NCBI GenBank assembly: GCA_018401705.1
Contig: JAGYKL010000008.1
Span: forward strand, 11,688-75,687
Length of the DNA stretch: 64,000 nucleotides
Source: Bacteroidia bacterium
GTDB taxonomy: Bacteria; Bacteroidota; Bacteroidia; M30B66
Direction: 5' to 3'
The notes below the pieces were generated by a model. That model saw nothing but the letters and a program-made list of their open reading frames with translations. It made no database searches and was not told where the DNA came from. Shown here piece after piece: positions 1 to 9,247 of the stretch. The translations under genes and the position numbers were made by a program. How positions within the stretch are numbered: the stretch's first letter is position 1; every line of letters begins with the position of its first letter.

Positions 1-148
1 AAAACTGCTTAGAAGGGTTAAGGTCGCCCATGTAGTAACCCACTCCACCAAATAAACCCAGTTCAGAGTATTTATTAAAAACCTGAGATTTCAATGAAAA
101 TGAAAAACACAGGAAAATAACAACTATAAGAGAAAGAGACCTCATCAT
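1..148 (-). CDS. Outer-membrane beta-barrel protein (DUF6089-like), 5' part only. The gene continues beyond the window start.
   Basis: Reverse strand translates to MMRSLSLIVVIFLCFSFSLKSQ (signal peptide) followed by VFNKYSELGLFGGVGYYMGDLNPS. This looks like a paralog of the adjacent 183..1109 OMP. Confidence 0.4.
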   Translation of the reverse strand, partial: MMRSLSLIVVIFLCFSFSLKSQVFNKYSELGLFGGVGYYMGDLNPSKQF

Positions 149-182
149 GTTATTAATTGTATACTCTAGTAACGAAAAACTG

Positions 183-1109
183 TTACCTGAATTTTGGCAA
201 TACTGATTTTCCTGATTTTAATCTGTATGTAAGAGTGATGATGCCAAACATGTAAGCATCACGATCGGTTGGATCTCCTCTTTGCTGTCCAGTTACAGCA
301 GAACCTTTAATAAATCCGTCGTTGAATGGACTAGCTCTGTTCGAAAGCGCAGCCGCTACAGGACCATACTGATCAGCAATCAAGGTTGGAGAAAAATAAG
401 TTGTACTAACATCATCAATATAATCTGTTGTAGTAATCCTCATTCCATATTCAAAACCTATTGTCCAATTTTTATCATTCAAAGGAAAACGAAACCCAAA
501 ACCTACTGGAAAGCAAGCTTGATATCTTTTATAAGGCGTTCTGGAGGCAGCAATTCCCTGACCTTCTGTTCCTAAAGGTTGTAGAGCCCACCATCTTCCT
601 CCTAGGAGAGCTTTAGGGTTATAATAAAATCCGCCTACACCTGCAAAAAGGTAAAGGTTAAAGTCAATACCGCTTTTACCGCGAACTCCTTGAAGTTTAT
701 ATCGACTTTTCGTAGACTTTAACTGAATAAGCGAAACCTCAACCTGAAGTGATGTTTCGAAAATCGGAGATCTAAAACTTAAATTTCTGTTTCTTCTAAA
801 TTCTTCTCGTGTAAGACTGTCTCTTCCTGCAACCCTTCCATAATTTAAGTTGAGCTTGAATGACAATACCGGATTTTTTCTATATCTGAACCCAAGATGC
901 ACTGCAGGACGGGTCATGATAATTTCAAGATCCCTCAAGCCGTTGGTACCAAACTGGTCGGCACCACCTAGTTCACCGAGGAAATTGGTAAATCCAATCC
1001 CATAGGTACTCTCACATCGGTCTAAAAAACGACCTCTTCCTTTTCTTTGTGCTTCAGCCTGAATACTGAATCCAAGAATGATAAGCGATAATAGGAAATA
1101 CTTCCTCAT
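183..1109 (-). CDS. Outer-membrane beta-barrel protein (DUF6089 family-like)
   Basis: Signal peptide MRKYFLLSLIILGFSIQAEA. Alternating aromatic/hydrophobic beta-strand pattern. Sits beside nadK, a typical Bacteroidota arrangement. Confidence 0.55.
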   Translation of the reverse strand: MRKYFLLSLIILGFSIQAEAQRKGRGRFLDRCESTYGIGFTNFLGELGGADQFGTNGLRDLEIIMTRPAVHLGFRYRKNPVLSFKLNLNYGRVAGRDSLTREEFRRNRNLSFRSPIFETSLQVEVSLIQLKSTKSRYKLQGVRGKSGIDFNLYLFAGVGGFYYNPKALLGGRWWALQPLGTEGQGIAASRTPYKRYQACFPVGFGFRFPLNDKNWTIGFEYGMRITTTDYIDDVSTTYFSPTLIADQYGPVAAALSNRASPFNDGFIKGSAVTGQQRGDPTDRDAYMFGIITLTYRLKSGKSVLPKFR

Positions 1110-1175
1110 GTATATATAGATTTCAGCAATTAGGCAAATATACCAATTTTGAACTATGATAGATTAAGAATCTGT

Positions 1176-2057
1176 TTAGTTTCTTTTATCTGTGCCCCAA
1201 AGTAGCTTTTCACGTAAGGTCTTTAAGAAAGGTTGATCTGGTTTTCTTCCTAATAAAACATGAAAATCAGCCTTTTTAATTTTCACTTTTCTACTTGCTG
1301 GGAATGAAACTGACCTTGAATCCATTGAAAGAAGCAGGTTTTTTCCTCTCACTGCCGATTCGATTGTTAGTTCATTTGAATCGTCGATTACAAGCGGCCG
1401 AACGTTTAAATTATGAGGAGCAATAGGTGTTATAACAAGATTACTTGACTCGGGCATAAGGATAGGGCCTCCACAACTTAATGAATAACCCGTAGAGCCA
1501 GTTGGAGTTGATATTATCAAGCCGTCGGCCCAATAAGAATTCAATTTTTTATCGTTCATGGTAACATGAACAGTAATCATTGTTGAACTTTCTTTTTTAT
1601 GAAAAGTAACTTCATTCAGAGCAAATGGAAAGTCGCCAAATGGCTCGCCTTCAGCGATTAATTCTACTAATGTTCTTTTATCAATATGATAACTTCCTTC
1701 TACGGCACACTCAACAGCTTCTCTTACTTCATCTTTTGAAAAACTTGATAAAAATCCTAATCGTCCAGTGTTAATTCCTAAAACGGGAATCTCTATATCT
1801 CTTATATGAGTAACAGCTTCAAGCAATGTCCCATCTCCACCAACAGTAAGCATGCACTTGCAATGCTTAGAAGCTAGCTCTTCTGCATTCTTATATGAAG
1901 ATACTTTTAGGCCTTCAGGAATAAGATGCTGTGCTGCTTTAAGAAAAGGTGCATAAAAACAAGCCTCTTCGTTGAATTCACTTAAGTAATTGCAGAGATC
2001 AACAATTACTTTCTTACGAGTGTCGCTAATGGAACGGCCAAAAATGGCAATGGGCAT
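1176..2057 (-). CDS. nadK: NAD+ kinase
   Basis: GGDGTLL and NTGRLGFL motifs at ~290 aa. Conserved pdxJ / CBS / nadK neighbourhood. Confidence 0.9.
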   Translation of the reverse strand: MPIAIFGRSISDTRKKVIVDLCNYLSEFNEEACFYAPFLKAAQHLIPEGLKVSSYKNAEELASKHCKCMLTVGGDGTLLEAVTHIRDIEIPVLGINTGRLGFLSSFSKDEVREAVECAVEGSYHIDKRTLVELIAEGEPFGDFPFALNEVTFHKKESSTMITVHVTMNDKKLNSYWADGLIISTPTGSTGYSLSCGGPILMPESSNLVITPIAPHNLNVRPLVIDDSNELTIESAVRGKNLLLSMDSRSVSFPASRKVKIKKADFHVLLGRKPDQPFLKTLREKLLWGTDKRN

Positions 2058-2115
2058 AACCGCTAATTTATTAGCGAAAATAGTCGTTTTAATTCTGAAA
2101 CTGAAAACTATGAAT

Positions 2116-2778
2116 TTACATGTTGATGTAGTTCATAAACAAATCAAATCTATTCCTCAAATCTTCAGAAAATTCACTTTGCTGAAAAGAAGCCTTAACA
2201 TCTAAATTGTAACGCTGAAAAGAAGCTAAAATGGCACGTATGTCTTCACGATTCACTTTAATAGTTAGCTCAATTCTAGTAGAATCAGAATGATCGCTAA
2301 TGTAAAGACTCATAATTTTCGCATCGTTTTCTTCTACAATTCTGGCGATTTGTGAAAGAGAATAGTCGTTCTGATTAAGTTCAAGAATAATTATTCCTCC
2401 AGGATGCTGAACGGATGCAGTAGAAGAGAAATGCTCTACAAGACTTCTCAAACTAATATTTCCCAGATAATGATTATGATCATCAAGAACTGGAATAAGA
2501 GTAAGCTGCATTTTGGCCGCAAGTTTCAACACTTCATAGATATGCTCCTTGGCATGCACAAATGGCCTAATAAGTGAAAGTGGATGATTGCCTAATGGAG
2601 CTTCTGGTTCATTCAAGTCCAAAATATCAGAATCTGAAATGAGCCCAAGAAACTCATTGTTATTCACTATAGGCAAATGAGAGACACGAAATTCATCCAT
2701 CCACGTAAGCGCCTTCAAGCCAGAGTCGGAGGTTTTAAGTGGTGGTATTGTTTCTGAAATTAAGTCTTCTGATAACAT
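2116..2778 (-). CDS. CBS domain-containing protein
   Basis: Tandem CBS-like segments (HLPIVNNNEFLGLISDSDIL..., LTLIPVLDDHNHYLGNISLRSL). 5 bp... conserved partner of nadK/pdxJ in Bacteroidota. Confidence 0.75.
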   Translation of the reverse strand: MLSEDLISETIPPLKTSDSGLKALTWMDEFRVSHLPIVNNNEFLGLISDSDILDLNEPEAPLGNHPLSLIRPFVHAKEHIYEVLKLAAKMQLTLIPVLDDHNHYLGNISLRSLVEHFSSTASVQHPGGIIILELNQNDYSLSQIARIVEENDAKIMSLYISDHSDSTRIELTIKVNREDIRAILASFQRYNLDVKASFQQSEFSEDLRNRFDLFMNYINM

Positions 2779-2914
2779 ATTCGCATTTCTATCTGTTAAT
2801 CAAAACGAATGCCTTGCTTTATTGTTTCAGCAAGCATGACAAACGTATGGAAAATTTTAGCTTTTCAATTGAACCAGTTCTTGTTTTATACTTTTGCACT
2901 TTTAGAAAAAGTAT

Positions 2915-3628
2915 ATGGTAAAACTTAGCGTCAATATTAATAAAATTGCTTTGCTCAGAAACTCGAGGGGGGCCAATATACCTGATTTAATAAAAGCAGC
3001 GCTCGATTGTGAACGTTTTGGTGCTCAGGGAATCACAGTCCATCCAAGACCAGATCAAAGACATATTACTTACGAAGATGTGAAGAATCTAAAGGAAACA
3101 ATAAAAACAGAATTAAATGTTGAAGGTTACCCCTCCAAAGATTTTATGAATGTAGTTTTAGATGTGAAGCCTCAACAAGTTACGTTAGTCCCTGATGCTC
3201 CTGATGCTCTGACTTCAAATGCAGGCTGGGATACTATTGAAAATAAATCTTTTCTAACAGACATAATTGGTCAGTTAAAGGCGAAAGGTATTAGAACCTC
3301 AATATTTCTTGATACTGATGAACGTCTTTGTGAAGCTGCTGCATTAACAGGTGCCGACCGAATTGAACTTTATACAGAAGATTATGCTAAAGGCTATCAT
3401 ATTGATCGAGAGAAGGTTGTAAAACCTTATTCAAACATAGCCAAACTTGCCAATTCTCTTAACCTTGGTGTGAATGCAGGTCATGATTTAAACGATGAAA
3501 ACCTTGCTTTTTTTAAGGAGCACGTACCTTATCTTGAAGAGGTTTCTATCGGACATGCTCTTATTTCGCAAGCATTGTATTTGGGATTAGAAAACACCAT
3601 TCAAAGATATTTGTACCAGCTCAAATGA
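2915..3628 (+). CDS. pdxJ: Pyridoxine 5'-phosphate synthase
   Basis: MVKLSVNINKIALLRNSRG...HPRPDQRHI...LNLGVNAGHDL. Full-length PdxJ signature. Confidence 0.92.
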   Translation: MVKLSVNINKIALLRNSRGANIPDLIKAALDCERFGAQGITVHPRPDQRHITYEDVKNLKETIKTELNVEGYPSKDFMNVVLDVKPQQVTLVPDAPDALTSNAGWDTIENKSFLTDIIGQLKAKGIRTSIFLDTDERLCEAAALTGADRIELYTEDYAKGYHIDREKVVKPYSNIAKLANSLNLGVNAGHDLNDENLAFFKEHVPYLEEVSIGHALISQALYLGLENTIQRYLYQLK

Positions 3629-4395
3629 TATTATTTTCAAGAACTTATGGGGAAAACGGCCCCGTGTTAGTGATATTACACGGTCTGTTTGGGCAAAGTG
3701 ACAACTGGGCAGGAATTGCACGGAAATTATCTGATACTTATCGCATCTACACTTTAGATTTAAGAAATCACGGAGAGTCAGATCATAGTGATGAATTTAG
3801 CTATGATTTAATGGCTGAAGATGTGATTGAAACTTTGGAAGCTGCTTTTCTTGAAGATGTTCATTTGCTGGGTCATAGCATGGGAGGGAAAGTAGCAATG
3901 GTTGTTGCTCAAAGAAAACCTGAGCTTTTGTCGAGCTTGCTAGTTGCTGATATAGCACCAAAATATTACAAGCCTCATCATCAGGAAATTTTAGCTGGAC
4001 TTAATGCATTAAATCCAGCTGAGATTGCTTCAAGAAACGAAGCAGAAGAAGTTCTGAAGAAACAAATACCTGATTTTGGCACAAGACAGTTTTTGCTAAA
4101 GAATCTTGGGAGAAAAGAAGATAACAGCTTCGAATGGAAATTTAATTTAAAAACTATTACAGAAAAAATAGCTGGAATTGGGAAAGCCACAGATTCAGTA
4201 GAATCAGATGTTCCCACACTTTTTTATAAAGGAGAAAAGAGCAATTATATCAAAGAGGAAGATTATGAAAACATAATTTCTCTATTTCCTAATGCAGAAT
4301 TTAAAACAATGGACGGTGCCGGACACTGGCTTCATGCAGAGAATCCGAGTGAAATGGTGAAGACTATCAGAGAATGGATATCAAAGAATGAATAA
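3625..4395 (+). CDS. Alpha/beta hydrolase
   Basis: HGLFG oxyanion region and GHSMGG nucleophile elbow. ATGA overlap with pdxJ stop suggests translational coupling. Confidence 0.8.
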   Translation: MILFSRTYGENGPVLVILHGLFGQSDNWAGIARKLSDTYRIYTLDLRNHGESDHSDEFSYDLMAEDVIETLEAAFLEDVHLLGHSMGGKVAMVVAQRKPELLSSLLVADIAPKYYKPHHQEILAGLNALNPAEIASRNEAEEVLKKQIPDFGTRQFLLKNLGRKEDNSFEWKFNLKTITEKIAGIGKATDSVESDVPTLFYKGEKSNYIKEEDYENIISLFPNAEFKTMDGAGHWLHAENPSEMVKTIREWISKNE

Positions 4396-4590
4396 AAAAG
4401 CCAGCTTTCGCCGGCTTATGTTGGTTCAATTATTATATACTTATTAGTCAGTTATAACGACTTATGTATACAAATATGTAAATTTTTGTGACAACAAACA
4501 AGTCCCAAATACATCGCTGATATAACCCAAAATGAAAATTTGAATGTTAGATACAAATACAAAAATCTTAAGATTCATTTCGAAATGAAT

Positions 4591-4598
4591 TAGTTTTG
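4591..4598 (+). promoter_or_regulatory. Putative Bacteroidota sigma-A -7 box (TAGTTTTG) just upstream of trpS. Implies a leaderless or very short leader.
   Basis: Matches TAnnTTTG consensus, 5 bp before the trpS ATG at 4603. Confidence 0.3.
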
Positions 4599-4602
4599 CA
4601 GC

Positions 4603-5595
4603 ATGGAAACGGTAGTAAGCGGGATACGCAGCACAGGCAATCTGCACATTGGTAACTATTTTGGAGCGATTAAGAACTTCATACGCATGCAAGAAGAGCA
4701 TAATTGCTTCTTTTTTATTGCAGATATGCACGCTTTAACTACACATCCTAAATCTGAAGACTTCAAGCAAAGTGTTAAGAATGTTGTTGTAGAATATTTG
4801 GCTGTTGGGCTTGATCCAGAAAAAAGCACCATCTATATCCAAAGTGATGTACCTCAAATTTCAGAGCTTTACCTCTTAATGAATATGTATGCTTATGTTG
4901 GCGAGCTTGAAAGATGTACATCATTTAAAGATAAAATCCGAAAGCACCCCGATAATATAAACGCGGGTTTACTCACCTACCCTGTTCTGATGGCTTCAGA
5001 TATTATAATCCACAAAGCAACAAAAGTGCCTGTAGGAAAAGATCAGGAGCAGCATCTCGAAATGGCGAGGAACTTTGTAAATCGATTCAATCACTTATAT
5101 AACGTTGATTATTTCCCTGAACCATACGCATTTAACTTTGGAGAAAATTTAGTAAAAGTTCCTGGTTTAGATGGTTCTGGAAAAATGGGGAAAAGTGAGG
5201 GAGAAGGCAATGCAATATTTTTATCAGAAGATCCAGCATCCATCAGGAAGAAAATCATGCGTGCGGTGAGCGACAGCGGTCCAACAGAGGCTAATCAGCC
5301 CAAAACGGAAGCTATTCAGAACCTATTTACTTTGATGAGTCTAGTAAGTAAGCCCGAAACAATAAGTTTCTTTGAAAATGAATATAATGGATGTTCTATT
5401 CGTTACGGCGATATGAAAAAGCAACTAGCCGAGGATATGATTGCCTTTACAGCTCCTTTAAAAGATGAGATAGAAAAGCTTCATTCAAATGAGAAATACC
5501 TTAATGAAGTTATCGCCTACGGCGGAGAAAAAGCCAGAGAGAGTGCTTCAAAAACCCTAAAAGAGGTGAGAGAAATTATAGGCTTTATGCATTAA
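4603..5595 (+). CDS. trpS: Tryptophan--tRNA ligase
   Basis: HIGH-like GNLHIGNY and KMSKS-like KMGKS motifs. ~330 aa class I aaRS. Confidence 0.93.
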   Translation: METVVSGIRSTGNLHIGNYFGAIKNFIRMQEEHNCFFFIADMHALTTHPKSEDFKQSVKNVVVEYLAVGLDPEKSTIYIQSDVPQISELYLLMNMYAYVGELERCTSFKDKIRKHPDNINAGLLTYPVLMASDIIIHKATKVPVGKDQEQHLEMARNFVNRFNHLYNVDYFPEPYAFNFGENLVKVPGLDGSGKMGKSEGEGNAIFLSEDPASIRKKIMRAVSDSGPTEANQPKTEAIQNLFTLMSLVSKPETISFFENEYNGCSIRYGDMKKQLAEDMIAFTAPLKDEIEKLHSNEKYLNEVIAYGGEKARESASKTLKEVREIIGFMH

Positions 5596-5603
5596 TTAAG
5601 GAT

Positions 5604-6098
5604 ATGTCGGGCACGCTTCTATTTTCATCGGATATTACAGATAGAAATTCCAGATTCCTGGAATTTATTCCTCAATGGCGCTCTATTATTCATGGCGAAA
5701 AGGATGAGATTGCTTGCCTTGCTAATACATGCTCGGCTATCATGGAGGCATTTTCGTTCCACTGGGTTGGATTTTACAGAGTGATTATTCATGAACTTGT
5801 TTTAGGCCCATTTCAAGGCCCAGTTGCATGTACAAGAATTGCAAAAGGGAAAGGTGTTTGCGGAACCTCTTGGATGGCCAATGAAAGTATTGTAGTTGCT
5901 GACGTAGATAAATTCCCCGATCATATTGCCTGCAGTGCCTTGTCAAAATCTGAACTTGTGATTCCATTAAGAGATAAAAATGGAAATGTTATAGCCATTT
6001 TAGACATTGATAGTGTCAAATACAATGATTTCAGCATTGAAGATCTTGCATCTTTTGAATTCATTTGCAGAGAACTTGAGAAACAAATTTACCATTGA
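5604..6098 (+). CDS. GAF domain protein (free methionine-(R)-sulfoxide reductase / YebR-like)
   Basis: GFYRV...LGPFQGPVACTRIAKGKGVCGTSW...VVADVDKFPDHIACSALSKSELVIPL, with conserved Cys pattern of fRMsr-type GAF proteins. Confidence 0.75.
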   Translation: MSGTLLFSSDITDRNSRFLEFIPQWRSIIHGEKDEIACLANTCSAIMEAFSFHWVGFYRVIIHELVLGPFQGPVACTRIAKGKGVCGTSWMANESIVVADVDKFPDHIACSALSKSELVIPLRDKNGNVIAILDIDSVKYNDFSIEDLASFEFICRELEKQIYH

Positions 6099-7759
6099 AG
6101 GTCTGGCCAAGTTATTATGTTTACATTTTGATACTTTGCATCCTTTGGGGATGTGCGAGCAGAGTTGCACCTGATGGTGGTCCAAGAGATAAAACGGCTC
6201 CTGAAGTAGTATCAACCATTCCAAGTCAGCAGACTCTAAATATCAAACCTAAAAAAGTAGAATTTGAGTTTAATGAATTCATTCAGCTAAAGGATGGAGG
6301 GAGTGGAATTCTAATTTCCCCTCCATTAAGAAATCAACCACAGGCTCTATTACAAGGCAAAAGCTTAATCCTTAAATTTGATGAAGAACTTGATGACTCT
6401 ACTACATATACTATCACTGTTTCTTCCTCGGTTGCCGATCTTACTGAAGGAAATTTATTAGAGCCGTACTCTTTAGTGTTTTCAACAGGAAACATTCTTG
6501 ATTCACTTAGTTGCTACGGCATTGTGAAGGATGCTTTCACAGGCAAAGCCTTGAAGGATGCATTAGTACTTATATATACTTCTAACGAAGACAGCTTGCC
6601 TAAAACTACCTTGCCAAGATATTTTGCAAAAACCAATGAAGCGGGGGAATATTTCATCAGAAACATGAAACAGGATGAATATACGGCCTTTGCCATAAAG
6701 GATGCCAATTCGAATTATTTGTATGATCAACCGGGTGAAAGTATTGGGTTCCCAGATATGTCTATTAAAATCGATTCTCAAAACGTTCCTATTCCGACAA
6801 TAAATTTATCGGTAGAAACACCTAAAAAACAAAGGCTGATTAAAAATTCGTTTAGCGCTCCTTTCACCATTGAACTTAAGTATGCATTGACACCTGACTC
6901 GATAGTATTAAGAGGGTTTGATGGAGAAGAAATCAACTACAACAAATCAAAAGAATCAGCGTCAGATTCACTGATACTTCATCTAGAAAGAATAACTAGA
7001 GATAGCATTAAGTTATATGCATACAACAGCATTGGAACAAGCGTTCAAATTGACACCTTAGAGTATAAAACAAAATCGACTTTAATGGCTGGCTCAAAAT
7101 CTAGGAGAAAACAAACTGCGGATACAAGTTTGAAGGTAACCACCAATATTGACAAAGGCAAATTACTTCCAAGTTCAAATTTTGAAATAAACACTTCTTT
7201 CCCATCAATTTTATCTGACACTCTACTTACCTATTGGAGAATAGAAAATGATACTACGGAGGCAGTAATCAAAGTTGGAAAAGACCCATACACATTTTCT
7301 GCAGAACCTCCTTTGGCGCAGGGAAGGGCTATAGAATTTATTGCATTTCCTGGAGCGTTTAAAGATATTTATGGCAACATCTCCGACACACTTCGGGTCG
7401 ACTTTAGGCGCATGGACATGGAAGAAACAGGCAATATCGAGCTGCTCTTCGAAAATAAAGGAGAAGAGTCAAAAGGTTTGATACTTGAAATTCTTGACTC
7501 GAAGAAAAAGATTGTATATAAGAATATACTGCAAAGAAGTGATAGTTTGTTTATCAGTGAGCTCAATCCTGGCAGTTATTCACTACGAATCATAGATGAT
7601 AAAAATTTGAATGGCGCATGGGATCCAGTGAACTACGATACCAAAGAGCAAGCTGAGTTAGTTTATTATTATTCTGAAGAAATCTCAGTAAGGGCAGGTT
7701 GGGATATTTCGGTGGAGTGGATCATTAGGAAAAATAAGAAGCTAAAATTAAAGGAATAA
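6095..7759 (+). CDS. Lipoprotein with Ig-like (Big) domains
   Basis: Lipobox LWGC-AS after signal peptide. Beta-rich repeats. ATGA overlap with upstream GAF gene. Confidence 0.5.
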   Translation: MKVWPSYYVYILILCILWGCASRVAPDGGPRDKTAPEVVSTIPSQQTLNIKPKKVEFEFNEFIQLKDGGSGILISPPLRNQPQALLQGKSLILKFDEELDDSTTYTITVSSSVADLTEGNLLEPYSLVFSTGNILDSLSCYGIVKDAFTGKALKDALVLIYTSNEDSLPKTTLPRYFAKTNEAGEYFIRNMKQDEYTAFAIKDANSNYLYDQPGESIGFPDMSIKIDSQNVPIPTINLSVETPKKQRLIKNSFSAPFTIELKYALTPDSIVLRGFDGEEINYNKSKESASDSLILHLERITRDSIKLYAYNSIGTSVQIDTLEYKTKSTLMAGSKSRRKQTADTSLKVTTNIDKGKLLPSSNFEINTSFPSILSDTLLTYWRIENDTTEAVIKVGKDPYTFSAEPPLAQGRAIEFIAFPGAFKDIYGNISDTLRVDFRRMDMEETGNIELLFENKGEESKGLILEILDSKKKIVYKNILQRSDSLFISELNPGSYSLRIIDDKNLNGAWDPVNYDTKEQAELVYYYSEEISVRAGWDISVEWIIRKNKKLKLKE

Positions 7760-7761
7760 AA

Positions 7762-7782
7762 AAGGCCGGTTTAACCGGCCCG
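7762..7782. terminator. Bidirectional hairpin between convergent genes
   Basis: GGCCGG-TTTAA-CCGGCC perfect 6-bp stem (7765..7780) flanked by A/T runs. Confidence 0.5.
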
Positions 7783-7806
7783 AATTAGAAATTAAATGAT
7801 TATCAA

Positions 7807-8487
7807 TTAGTTTCTTCTTCCCATAAAAATGGAAACATAATAAAGTAAGGTTGCTAATGAACCAATAGCTGCAACTACATAAGTCATTGCTGCCCAATTA
7901 AGTGCATCTTTTGCTTTTTCATGTTCAACACCTTGCGATATCCTGCTTCCATTTAGCCAAACCAAGGCTCTCTTTGATGCATCAAATTCAACAGGCAATG
8001 TGATAAAGCTGAATAATGTAGTAAAAGCAAACATTACTATTCCCGCAAGAAGTAAATAAGGAAATGCGGAAATAAGCAAAATTCCCGCTAGAAGCACCCA
8101 TTGCATAATGGAAGATGAAAATTGAACTACAGGCACTAAGGCTGATCTCATATTTAACCAAGCATATGCCTTAGCATGCTGTACAGCATGTCCACATTCA
8201 TGTGCGGCAACTGCTGCAGAAGCTACGCTTCTACCGTTATATACTTCAGGACTTAGGTTAATCGTTTTCTTAACAGGATTATAGTGATCAGAGAGAAAGC
8301 CTTCAACTGAAATGACCTTCACATCAGAAATTCCGTTATCAAGAAGCATCTTCTCAGCAATCTCTTTTCCGCTTAATCCCGAGGCAATTGGAACCTCTGC
8401 ATATTCTTTGAATTTGCTCTTTAAACGATAACTCACATACCAGGACGCTCCCATCACTAGTATCATTATTAAAAATATTCCGCTCAT
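7807..8487 (-). CDS. Zinc metallopeptidase (YugP-like, neutral Zn peptidase)
   Basis: HECGHAVQH (HExxH) motif with N- and C-terminal TM helices. Track ORF extends to 8538, but the homologous start is probably MSGIFLIMILV (ATG at 8487). Confidence 0.7.
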   Translation of the reverse strand: MSGIFLIMILVMGASWYVSYRLKSKFKEYAEVPIASGLSGKEIAEKMLLDNGISDVKVISVEGFLSDHYNPVKKTINLSPEVYNGRSVASAAVAAHECGHAVQHAKAYAWLNMRSALVPVVQFSSSIMQWVLLAGILLISAFPYLLLAGIVMFAFTTLFSFITLPVEFDASKRALVWLNGSRISQGVEHEKAKDALNWAAMTYVVAAIGSLATLLYYVSIFMGRRN

Positions 8488-8579
8488 GTATGTATATCTA
8501 TATTTTGATGCAAATATCTTATCAATTCCTGTTCCCAATTAGGTCTCTCCTTAATTTTATAACTTTTTGACATATCAAT

Positions 8580-8597
8580 AATCTTTTCGAAAAGATT
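8580..8597. promoter_or_regulatory. Perfect 18-bp palindrome AATCTTTTCGAAAAGATT in the divergent Zn-peptidase / hsp20 intergenic region. Candidate operator.
   Basis: Read directly from sequence. Perfect 9+9 inverted repeat, ~0.2 expected by chance in 64 kb. Confidence 0.35.
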
Positions 8598-8729
8598 CTG
8601 GTAAAAACGTCAGAGAAGAAAAGAGAAAGATGCCATATTGTCATCGGCAAAGGCACGAATCCGCCATTATGTCTTGTTTTTCTTCAATGGAATGTAAGTT
8701 GAAAAAGGGTTTGAAAAAATTTTAAAGCT

Positions 8730-9173
8730 ATGACACTCGTAAAATTTAATCAAAAAGCAGGACGTCCGTCTTCTCCCGTATTCTCTAATCTTTTTCAAGA
8801 TCTTTTTGACAATGACAACTTCTTCAGGCCTTTTCCTGAAAGAAACAGCTTGCCAGCTGTAAACATCTCAGAAAACAACGAAAATTACCATTTGGAACTT
8901 TCGGCAGCTGGGTTCAGCAAGAACGAAGTAGAATTAACTGTTGAAGACAATACCTTAACAATTACAGGTAAAAGAGAAGAAAGACATGAAGAAAGCGAGC
9001 GTAAATTCAGCAGAAAAGAATTTAGCTTTCAAAACTTCAAAAGAAGTTTCAGTTTGCCAGAAAATGTAAATCAAGATAGCATTAAAGCTAGTTTTGAGAA
9101 TGGCATTCTAACAATTGAGCTTCCTAAGAAGATTGAGGAACAAAAACAAAGCAGAAAGATAGAGTTGGTTTAA
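8730..9173 (+). CDS. Hsp20/alpha-crystallin family small heat-shock protein
   Basis: ACD segment NYHLELSAAGFSKNEVELTVEDNTLTITG...GILTIELPK at 147 aa. Confidence 0.9.
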   Translation: MTLVKFNQKAGRPSSPVFSNLFQDLFDNDNFFRPFPERNSLPAVNISENNENYHLELSAAGFSKNEVELTVEDNTLTITGKREERHEESERKFSRKEFSFQNFKRSFSLPENVNQDSIKASFENGILTIELPKKIEEQKQSRKIELV

Positions 9174-9196
9174 AATTGCTTATTTAGAATTGGTTG

Positions 9197-9226
9197 GGCA
9201 ATCATCGCAAGATGATTGCCTTTTTT
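9197..9226 (+). terminator. Rho-independent terminator of hsp20
   Basis: GGCAATCATC-GCAA-GATGATTGCC perfect 10-bp stem followed by TTTTTT. Confidence 0.65.
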
Positions 9227-9247
9227 ATTACTTTAAACCTTTCAATC

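Noticed and set aside
282-575. Small ORFs overlapping annotated genes on the other strand or frame, for example 282..575, 1990..2205, 4462..4731, 5785..5967, 52884..53081 and 60234..60434
   Set aside because: Each is nested within a well-supported conserved gene and has no signal peptide, motif or plausible start context. These are typical spurious six-frame ORFs.
4385-4415. Possible terminator after the alpha/beta-hydrolase gene (AAGCCAGC...GCCGGCTT)
   Set aside because: Stem has an A-C mismatch and no following T-tract, so it is too weak to call.
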